A stretch of 64,000 nucleotides of DNA from a virus: the IMG/VR virus record IMGVR_UViG_3300025087_000641, positions 1 to 64,000 of that record; one strand, 5' to 3'. Every line of letters starts with the position of its first letter. Within the stretch, counting starts at the first letter, position 1. The position numbers and the translations under genes are program-made. Shown one piece after another: positions 49,647-57,510 of the stretch. Below the pieces are notes generated by a model that searched no databases, was not told the origin of the DNA, and was given only the letters and a program-made list of their open reading frames with translations.

Positions 49647-50146
49647 TGAGGAAAATAGAATTATCAAGAGGATATACTTCTGACATTGATGATGAGGATT
49701 ATGAATGGGTATCCCAATACAAATGGAATGTTTCACTGTGTAACCATACCCAATATGCTTATAGATATTCTTACAAGCCGAATGGGACTGGGGCGAAGAA
49801 ATACATGCACCGCGAGATAATGGAAAGATATAACGGGGCATTAGGGAGTGGTATGCAGATAGACCATATAAATCACGATGGACTGAACAACAGGAAAACA
49901 AATCTTAGGATATGTACCCAGTCCCAAAACAATTGGAACGGGAGGGGGATTTTGGAGGGAACCTCAAAATACAAGGGAGTATACTTTTACAAAAGTCGCG
50001 GGAAATGGGTTGCACAAATGTGCCTTTTCGGGAAGCGCATTTTCATTGGTAGATTCGACAGCGAAATTGATGCGGCAAGAGCATATGACAGAGTAGCAAA
50101 AGAAAAGTATGGAGAATTTGCGAAACTGAACTTCCCGGAGGAATAA
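49646..50146 (+). CDS. HNH-AP2 homing endonuclease
   Basis: MHREI...DHINHDGLNNRKTNLR, followed by AP2 domain SKYKGV...AARAYD...GEFAKLNF. Confidence 0.9.
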   Translation: MRKIELSRGYTSDIDDEDYEWVSQYKWNVSLCNHTQYAYRYSYKPNGTGAKKYMHREIMERYNGALGSGMQIDHINHDGLNNRKTNLRICTQSQNNWNGRGILEGTSKYKGVYFYKSRGKWVAQMCLFGKRIFIGRFDSEIDAARAYDRVAKEKYGEFAKLNFPEE

Positions 50147-50943
50147 TGACGATGGATTTATTGGCTTCTAATTTATTCTCCGTGGCGGGGAAGACAGCCC
50201 TTGTCACTGGGGCAAATGGTTATTTAGGACAAGTGGTGGCAGGAGTCCTTAAACAGAATGGTGCAAGTGTTATTGGGACTTATGCAACAAAAATCCCAAC
50301 AGATGGATTCTGTGATGAGTGGTATCTGATTGATTCAAATTCGCCATATCCAGACTTGGAAGAAAGATTGCGCGAAATTGAATCTAATAACCAAATAGAT
50401 GTCCTTATCAACAACGCGCATCCCATGAAACGCGAGGCTGGATTCAATGTTGAGACAGACCAAATAGAACACTATTCACGGGCAGAATGGCAACAGAACA
50501 TCAATGGCGCTATTGGACTCCCGGCACTCACAACATCAATCATTGGGGCGGGGATGAAAGATAGAGGGCATGGTAGTATTATCAACATCAGTAGCATGTA
50601 CGCCCTCGTTGCCCCCCATCCAAATTTGTACAAAGATACGCTATACATGAATCCGCCCGGATATGGGGCAAGCAAGGCGGCTCTACTTGAGTTTACTCGC
50701 TATGTGGCGGCATTCTGGGGACAGTATGGAGTGCGGTGTAATGCCCTGTGTCTTGGCCCATTCCCGAAATCAATTACACCAGAGATGCAAGAGTTCATCA
50801 CGCGGTTGAACTCGCGCACTTGTCTTAATAGAACTGGCAGGGCAGGGGAGATAGCTGGAGCAATTCTATTTCTGGCGAGTGAGGCATCGTCATACATGAC
50901 GGGCCATGCCCTAGTCCTCGATGCTGGATGGTGTGCCACATGA
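50146..50943 (+). CDS. SDR family oxidoreductase
   Basis: TGANGYLG, NNA, YGASK, GPFP, TGHALVLDAG. Confidence 0.9.
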   Translation: MTMDLLASNLFSVAGKTALVTGANGYLGQVVAGVLKQNGASVIGTYATKIPTDGFCDEWYLIDSNSPYPDLEERLREIESNNQIDVLINNAHPMKREAGFNVETDQIEHYSRAEWQQNINGAIGLPALTTSIIGAGMKDRGHGSIINISSMYALVAPHPNLYKDTLYMNPPGYGASKAALLEFTRYVAAFWGQYGVRCNALCLGPFPKSITPEMQEFITRLNSRTCLNRTGRAGEIAGAILFLASEASSYMTGHALVLDAGWCAT

Positions 50944-51105
50944 CTTTTCCGAAGTCCCCCAATGTGCCATTTGTCCAATCGGTTATCTTTGTCATGTCTC
51001 ATGTTGGCTATCCATATTGGGATGATGTGGTTTTGAATCCAACCAGTGCTAAGGCGCTTGGTCTAAAACTTATTGAATACGCAGGCGAATGGATAGAGGA
51101 AAAGC

Positions 51106-51963
51106 GTGACTAATCCCTGTGTCCATTGCAACGAGAATGAGTCAGACTTTGACACATACCTCTGCAAGAAATGTGCCGAGGACTTTCAGGTTACACCACA
51201 AACAACGAGGGATTTCTATGGCTTTCTGGCTAGAACGGGAAGGTCGTATCTAACATCGTATTTGTCAAGGCCAGACCAAGAACAGGGGAAGCCTCACGAT
51301 TATATCTTTGCCGCGCCTGCCGCAAGTTTTCACCACGCTAGACGATTCAATTTCTTTACTCGCATGGCAGAACTTGTGCGAGGTGTTCCGGGGGACATTG
51401 TGGAGTGTGGCGTAGAACATGGGCAGACATTACTATATTGGCTATCCATTGCATTTGACGAATTGACGCCACGAAATGTATGGGGATTTGACTCTTTCGC
51501 CGGGCCAGAAACAGTTGGAGAGAAAGATAAGAATTCTAATGGCGACATATATCCGCCCCTTCCGAATGTCTATGCTAGGGCAACCGAGGGATTTATCAAT
51601 CTCCTGAATGCCTATGGACTTCCTCGTATTTGGACGAACTCACATTTAGTCGTCATACCCGGCTTTTTCTCTGAGACTCTGAAAGATTATAGGGGCGAGA
51701 AGATAGCGATTCTTCACCTTGACGCGAACTACTACGACAGTTACAAAACTTGTATGGAGATGCTGTGGCCGAAAGTGGCCCGTGGTGGAGTTGTAATTTT
51801 TGATGAATACCAAAATCAAAATGATACTCTACACTTTGCTGGTGCAAAACGCGCAATAGACGAATATATGGAAACACTCAAGGATGACGGAACGACAATC
51901 ACGAGGGACAAAATGTATGGCAAATTCTATTGCATCAAGGGAGGCATTCAATGGCGGATTTAG
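51106..51963 (+). CDS. TylF/MycF/NovP-family sugar O-methyltransferase
   Basis: GDIVECGV, GFDSF, GFFSETL, LHLDAN, GGVVIFDEY. Confidence 0.8.
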   Translation: MTNPCVHCNENESDFDTYLCKKCAEDFQVTPQTTRDFYGFLARTGRSYLTSYLSRPDQEQGKPHDYIFAAPAASFHHARRFNFFTRMAELVRGVPGDIVECGVEHGQTLLYWLSIAFDELTPRNVWGFDSFAGPETVGEKDKNSNGDIYPPLPNVYARATEGFINLLNAYGLPRIWTNSHLVVIPGFFSETLKDYRGEKIAILHLDANYYDSYKTCMEMLWPKVARGGVVIFDEYQNQNDTLHFAGAKRAIDEYMETLKDDGTTITRDKMYGKFYCIKGGIQWRI

Positions 51964-52835
51964 TTATCGGCGGTAGCCCAATTGGGGACGGACACCCAGT
52001 AATTTGTATAGGAGAGGAGGGTATAAATCATCAGGGCAATATAGATATTGCCAAGAAACTTGTTGATGTTTGTATTGAGGCAGGTTGCAATGCTGTCAAG
52101 ATGCAATCTCGTACAGTTGATGTAGTTTATTCGGAAGAGGAACTTTCCAGGCCGAGAGAGTCGCCCTTTGGAACAACAAATGGAGACTTGAAACGCGGTC
52201 TTGAATTGGGGAGGAAAGAATATGACGAATTTGATGCTTACTGCAAATCAAAGAGTATGACATGGCTTTCCTCATGTTGGGATGAAGCGTCTGTTGATTT
52301 TATTGCACAATACAACCCACCATGTTTCAAGATTGCCTCTGCCTGTATCACGGATGATAACCTGCTAAGACATCATCTACAATATCATAAGCCACTCATT
52401 ATCAGTACGGGGATGACAACTTTGCGCCAAATTGACCATGCCATTGAAATTGTCGGGACTGACAATGTTGCCCTAATGCATTGCATTGGAGTTTATCCGG
52501 CTGATCCGAGGACTCTAAACCTTCGTGTTATCCAAACACTGAAAGAGCGGTATAATGTTCCCGTTGGATGGAGCGGACATGAAGTAGGACTCGCTACAAC
52601 CGTTGCGGCTGTGGCGATGGGTGCAAATCTTGTTGAGAGGCATGTCACATTGGATAGGGCAATGTTCGGCTCAGATCAGTCGGCCTCGGTAGAACCCCAG
52701 GGATTGAAAAGACTTGTCAGGGATATTCGGGTTGTTGAAGATGCAATGGGGGATGGCGTAAAACGAGTATTGCCTGCCGAGTCTGTTGTGGCAAATAAGT
52801 TGCGCCGTGTTGACACTCTGAAACAGGAGGGGTGA
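51951..52835 (+). CDS. neuB: second NeuB-family synthase (short, Kdn-9-P-synthase-like)
   Basis: GINHQG, RESPFG, KIASA, STGM, MHC..YP, GWSGHE, VERH.TLDR, GSDQ. Confidence 0.88.
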   Translation: MADLVIGGSPIGDGHPVICIGEEGINHQGNIDIAKKLVDVCIEAGCNAVKMQSRTVDVVYSEEELSRPRESPFGTTNGDLKRGLELGRKEYDEFDAYCKSKSMTWLSSCWDEASVDFIAQYNPPCFKIASACITDDNLLRHHLQYHKPLIISTGMTTLRQIDHAIEIVGTDNVALMHCIGVYPADPRTLNLRVIQTLKERYNVPVGWSGHEVGLATTVAAVAMGANLVERHVTLDRAMFGSDQSASVEPQGLKRLVRDIRVVEDAMGDGVKRVLPAESVVANKLRRVDTLKQEG

Positions 52836-53269
52836 TGACTGGGCGACCAGATCTGACGTTTCAGATTTCCGAGAGTGACAATGAGGTTTATGATGTCATG
52901 CGGGATTTGGCACAACGACTTGGCCTGACCGAGTTACGGACGAGTCCCATGACGATGGTGAGTTGGACTGCGCCCGCGCCAATTGTAGAAACTCCTCCAC
53001 CATCCAATCCTCAACCATCTCGAAATGCCCCATACAAGTTGGCAACACGAGTGCCAACACGCATTCAGTTTGTTGGAGAAGTCAATTGCTGGGTTGCGCC
53101 AGACCCAAATTCGCGCAAGTTGACTTTTACTGACAATCGGGAGGTGGACATCTTCGAGGAGAGAGATACCGAGTTGTTTGGAAAGTGGTGGTGCGTACTC
53201 CATAAAACATTGCCGAGTGGTGAACTGTTTGAATTATGGATTCCGGCTGCGTATTTTGTTCTGTTCTGA
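52832..53269 (+). CDS. hypothetical protein (SH3-like C-terminus)
   Basis: Pro-rich linker then beta domain; GTGA overlap. Confidence 0.5.
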   Translation: MMTGRPDLTFQISESDNEVYDVMRDLAQRLGLTELRTSPMTMVSWTAPAPIVETPPPSNPQPSRNAPYKLATRVPTRIQFVGEVNCWVAPDPNSRKLTFTDNREVDIFEERDTELFGKWWCVLHKTLPSGELFELWIPAAYFVLF

Positions 53270-53273
53270 AAAG

Positions 53274-53798
53274 ATGATTAAGGTCGCAATATTCGATACC
53301 GATGGAGTTATGTCCGATGGCGCAGTAATCTACCTCGATGGTGGGGTGCGAGGCAGAGTCTTCAATGTCAGAGATGGACAAGGGATTACCAATCTAAAGC
53401 ACGCCGAGGTATCTGTCTGGCTAGTCAGTGGCGAACAAGACTCTCATCTGTTTGACCGTTCCGAGAAGTTGGGCGTAGACCAATTGTTTGGATTGCCAGA
53501 CAAACGCAGAGTCCTAGAGGAACTTCCGCTTGACATAAACAACGACGAAATAGCATTCATGGGTGATGACATTGGGGACATTCCGCTGCTGATGATGGTG
53601 GGTATGCCTGCGTGCCCACAGGACGCTCACCGTGACGTTGTGAACTGCGTTGTTAGTCTACGTGGGTTTGTCGCCACAAAAAATGGCGGCAAGGGGGCAG
53701 TACGAGAGTTCTGCGACTATATATTGACAAGAAACAGACTCGATACTGCCCCAGAGTATATGCGAGAGATTGGAGAGTTGAAAAACGCATTGGAATAG
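53274..53798 (+). CDS. KdsC-like HAD phosphatase
   Basis: FDTDGV.SDG, FNVRDG, MGDDIGD, GGKGAVREF. Confidence 0.85.
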   Translation: MIKVAIFDTDGVMSDGAVIYLDGGVRGRVFNVRDGQGITNLKHAEVSVWLVSGEQDSHLFDRSEKLGVDQLFGLPDKRRVLEELPLDINNDEIAFMGDDIGDIPLLMMVGMPACPQDAHRDVVNCVVSLRGFVATKNGGKGAVREFCDYILTRNRLDTAPEYMREIGELKNALE

Positions 53799-53813
53799 TC
53801 AAGTTTGACTATT
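53794..53813. promoter_or_regulatory. near-perfect palindromic version of the dispersed motif at a convergent junction
   Basis: AATAGTCAAGTTTGACTATT. Confidence 0.6.
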
Positions 53814-53821
53814 ACTGTGTC

Positions 53822-54430
53822 TTATTGTCCCCAAGTGGAGTAGTTGCAAGAGAAAAATATTTGACCAGTAGTATTTCTGCGCTCCATCCTTAAACTTGCA
53901 AAACAAGTACCGTGAATGCCGAGATCAAACATGGGCATTGTTTCACTTGTTGATGAAAATATGAAGTTTGCGATGGATGTTCCGCCATTTAGAAACACGG
54001 CGGATGCTCCCCCATTAACCTGTGTTCCAGCAACAAAAATCTTGTATAGAAGCCCCGAGGAAACTGTTACGGTTTCTGTAGATGCTCCGCCCATTGCACA
54101 AGTGACAGTTGACATTGCTGAGACATAGGCATGTCCTCTATCATCACCCCTCTGCGCCATTGCGTTGTTAGTCCCCATCGAGGATGCATTTGTGGTGAAT
54201 GAAAAGACATTCATCACTCCAACTGGGGCATTGGTGACTGGACTTCCGGCCACATGGGTTCCGACCTGTAATGCTGCATGGATTTTTGAGGTCGCTCCAA
54301 TTGTAGATGCGCCGATTCCGGCAAACAGGGCAAAGTCGGACTGCGAACTTGATATATTTATAGGGGCAAGCATTTTCGCCCCTCCAGCATCCTTCGGTGA
54401 AATATCCGCCGTAGAATAATTTGTAGTCAT
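53822..54430 (-). CDS. putative virion-associated protein
   Basis: G/S/T/A-rich, AAGGAG SD, at the end of the tail operon. Confidence 0.55.
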   Translation of the reverse strand: MTTNYSTADISPKDAGGAKMLAPINISSSQSDFALFAGIGASTIGATSKIHAALQVGTHVAGSPVTNAPVGVMNVFSFTTNASSMGTNNAMAQRGDDRGHAYVSAMSTVTCAMGGASTETVTVSSGLLYKIFVAGTQVNGGASAVFLNGGTSIANFIFSSTSETMPMFDLGIHGTCFASLRMERRNTTGQIFFSCNYSTWGQ

Positions 54431-54588
54431 GCGATTCTCCTTGACACAATTGTTCTAATGTGGTACAAATGTACTGTCTAGACGGTTGCTAGTCGGGTGT
54501 GATATAATGAATCGAGAAGTCTTGTGCAAGGCAATCGTCTAGACAACAATTGCCACCCGCACAAGGCTTTTTGTTTAAGGAGTCCAAA

Positions 54589-55110
54589 ATGGAAGAAGAA
54601 ATATGGAAGGATATTCCAAATTTCCCGCACTATCAGATTAGCAATCTTGGGCGCGTTCGTTCGTTTTTCGTCAGGGGGCAAAAACAGAAACCATGTGATA
54701 CTCCGAGAATACTTGTTCCTGTTCATCGTGGCAAGGGATATTATGCGGTAAATCTTCATCGTGGAGATGATATGATTATGGTTAATATCCACCAAGCTGT
54801 TCTTACTGCATTTGTCGGCCAATGTCCAGATGGACTTGAGGCGTGCCACAATAACAGTGTTCGCAATGACAACAGGCTTGAGAATCTTAGATGGGATACC
54901 CGTTCCAGCAACTTTCTTGACAAACGCGCAAATGGAACATCTCGCTGTGGCGAGGAAAATAATAGGGCCAAACTTAATACTGCCCAAGTTCTCGAAATAC
55001 GAGAGAGGGCATTTCAGGGAGAATCGTTTGGGGTTCTCTCCGGGGATTATGGGATAAGTAATATCCATGTAAAGAGAATTGTAGAACGGGTTGTGTGGCA
55101 ACATATCTAG
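54589..55110 (+). CDS. NUMOD4-HNH homing endonuclease
   Basis: EIWKDIP...YQISNLGRVRS, IH..V..AF, CHNN...DNRLENLRW; AAGGAG SD; antisense to the tail operon. Confidence 0.9.
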   Translation: MEEEIWKDIPNFPHYQISNLGRVRSFFVRGQKQKPCDTPRILVPVHRGKGYYAVNLHRGDDMIMVNIHQAVLTAFVGQCPDGLEACHNNSVRNDNRLENLRWDTRSSNFLDKRANGTSRCGEENNRAKLNTAQVLEIRERAFQGESFGVLSGDYGISNIHVKRIVERVVWQHI

Positions 55111-55112
55111 CC

Positions 55113-55346
55113 CTATTTCTCCTTACTCAATGCTTGCGTCTCATCGTCCAGCCTCGCAAGATACTTTTCGCATTTTTCTAGGTCTGCTTGGATAGCATCA
55201 AGCACTGATTTGTCCGTCCCAATGCTCTTGCTCACCCGGTAGCGCATTTGAAGTTGCCAGCGAGTGTTGATATACATACTGACTTCTTGTGAGAGAAGCA
55301 CCAGTTTGGTTTGGTTATCAGGCTCTAAATCAAGAATGTTCGACAC
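55113..55346 (-). CDS. small coiled-coil hypothetical protein
   Basis: Overlaps the fibre gene end. Confidence 0.55.
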   Translation of the reverse strand: MSNILDLEPDNQTKLVLLSQEVSMYINTRWQLQMRYRVSKSIGTDKSVLDAIQADLEKCEKYLARLDDETQALSKEK

Positions 55347-57510
55347 TTTCGAGACTCCTAATTCTTTTGTGAAGTTCGATTAGATGGGTAAAAATTTCTT
55401 CTATCTTCTCTAATGCAATATCGGCTCGATCAAAAATGCCAGACGGCTCATCTGTTATTCTCGGAAGTCGCATGTTCTCTTTGATGTATGATTCTATCTC
55501 ATCCAGCGATAGGCGCTGATAGCCTTCCGCCCCACGGTTTGTGGCGTATCTATTAATGTGATCGGTTAGCCAATATTCAAGTGCATAGTCTGGATTCCCA
55601 TATGCAGAATTATTTAAGTAAATATTTGTCGCCACATTGATAGTGCCACTACCCTTATCTCCGCCAGTAGGTGCGCCCATCTGTAGCCCAGCACCAGTAA
55701 TGACATTGGAGTTGCTTGTGGAAATGTACATGGCATAATTTGTACTCCCACCCGGATGCGTGCCGATTAGCAATCCGACATTGGCTGTAGCAATCGTTGC
55801 CTCAGCCATCACCAACGCGGCATAAGTGGAAATTGTCCCAGAACCACTTACACTTGGCACGCCAATATTGATACCCGCTACCGCCAATCCAGTAAATGCA
55901 CCTTTGGCGTAGGTGACATTCAACTGCAATCCACGTAAGGCATCACTGTTTGCAATGGCGGTCAATATCGTGCTTTCGTACAATCCTAGCGCCTGCCCGC
56001 CCGCGGCTGTCACACTCTGCGCCAATTCAATGCCGACAGGTGCGACCGTAGCCGCAGTCCCCAATAGTACCCGTCCGGCTTGTATCCACAGCGCCAACGG
56101 ATTTGTGATAGTGGCATTTGTCCCTGCCACCGGAGCGCCAGTAATTGCTACTGTTGCCGCCGTTGTAATTGTACTCGTTCCAGTAAAAGCATAGGTTGGG
56201 GGTTCAAATATTACTGCTCTCTGTGTGGTCACATCCCCAGAGAGCCATTGAACAGTTCTACTTAGTGCGAAATAAATATCTGTCGCCTCTCCATTTGCCG
56301 TCAGGCTGGTATGTGCCCCGCCCAAAACATAAATCAAATTTTGATGTGTCCCGGAAATTGCTGGTTGCGAGATGTATACGAATCTCGAACTAACCATTGG
56401 GACTCCGATTCCGAATGTACTTCCGTTGAATTGAAATGTCGAGTTTCCTGTTATTGCGGACGATGCACTCCAATAGGCAACATGATTTGCCGTTCCCGTG
56501 CCTGTTACAGTACCCGTGCCAGCCGTATTTCCGGGAATCCACCTGCCACTTGAAAATATAAGCACTTGGTCTGTAACAGCCCCAGTTGTGTCTACATCTG
56601 CCAATCCATTTAGAGTGTTATCGCCACTATCAGATGCAGAGGCAGACCCCACCATCATCAGGTCTGGCGGATTACCAGACAGACCCTCTAGTTGTTTGAT
56701 TCTGTCCAACAAATGTAATGCGGGAGGACTTGGAAACAGCCTCGCGTCTCTCATATTGTCCACCACAGAAGACCAATCAACAACGGTAGTGGTGGATGCA
56801 AGTTTTACATAGCCAAGTGGTATCTCGTTCCCTGCCGGTGCTGGTACTGGCGTGAATAGGTCGTAGATAATCTCTTGTGTTCCTGTGGCATATGGGACTC
56901 CGGGACGATAAACAAGAATATCTGCCTCTGGGTCTAGCCCAATGAGAACATATCGAATCTGTCCACTCGATGGCTTGAATTGAGTCAAGTCATCGGTTTG
57001 CGTGAATGGGAATCTCTGCCATGTGTCCCAGAAGTAAATGAATGACCTCACATTGGCAATCATTGACGATGGATAGGTTGGATAGACCAATCCCGGAAGG
57101 AATTGGAGAGGGTCTATGAATACCTCGTCGCCCCCATGCCATTCATGTTGCTGGTGGTGTGGGCCTACTATTGGGATAGTGCTTGCTGGAATATCTCCAA
57201 GTCCAGCATAGTGCATACTGATAATCTGTTCTTCTTGGTCAGACTCCCCGGGTTCGGGGAAGCCAATAAGAACTGGAAGATTATGAGATGGTTGAACAAC
57301 ACCACGATTTAGAATCTGGAAATATCGAGTGCTACTTACATCATCTCTGGCAAAAACGTAATTGTCACGATTGGGAACAAAGAGATTAGACGTGGCAGTA
57401 CCGCGCCCGTCACCGAGTACAGCAGAGCGTATCTGTTGAACTTGTTGGTATTGGGAGATGGTCTCTCTCCATCTCCGCCTAGCCTCAGCAAGAGTTGTCA
57501 CGATGACCAA
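55330..57510 (-). CDS. tail fibre/spike protein with C-terminal intramolecular-chaperone-like domain
   Basis: G/T/A/S-rich body, GTGTVTG linker, PDY...YIKENMRLP...LEKIEE coiled-coil C-terminus. Confidence 0.75.
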   Translation of the reverse strand: MVIVTTLAEARRRWRETISQYQQVQQIRSAVLGDGRGTATSNLFVPNRDNYVFARDDVSSTRYFQILNRGVVQPSHNLPVLIGFPEPGESDQEEQIISMHYAGLGDIPASTIPIVGPHHQQHEWHGGDEVFIDPLQFLPGLVYPTYPSSMIANVRSFIYFWDTWQRFPFTQTDDLTQFKPSSGQIRYVLIGLDPEADILVYRPGVPYATGTQEIIYDLFTPVPAPAGNEIPLGYVKLASTTTVVDWSSVVDNMRDARLFPSPPALHLLDRIKQLEGLSGNPPDLMMVGSASASDSGDNTLNGLADVDTTGAVTDQVLIFSSGRWIPGNTAGTGTVTGTGTANHVAYWSASSAITGNSTFQFNGSTFGIGVPMVSSRFVYISQPAISGTHQNLIYVLGGAHTSLTANGEATDIYFALSRTVQWLSGDVTTQRAVIFEPPTYAFTGTSTITTAATVAITGAPVAGTNATITNPLALWIQAGRVLLGTAATVAPVGIELAQSVTAAGGQALGLYESTILTAIANSDALRGLQLNVTYAKGAFTGLAVAGINIGVPSVSGSGTISTYAALVMAEATIATANVGLLIGTHPGGSTNYAMYISTSNSNVITGAGLQMGAPTGGDKGSGTINVATNIYLNNSAYGNPDYALEYWLTDHINRYATNRGAEGYQRLSLDEIESYIKENMRLPRITDEPSGIFDRADIALEKIEEIFTHLIELHKRIRSLESVEHS

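Noticed and set aside
22598-53798. Host LPS/capsule locus flanking a prophage
   Set aside because: Genes are interleaved with phage hypotheticals, lack export or polymerase genes, and share the phage heptamer signature
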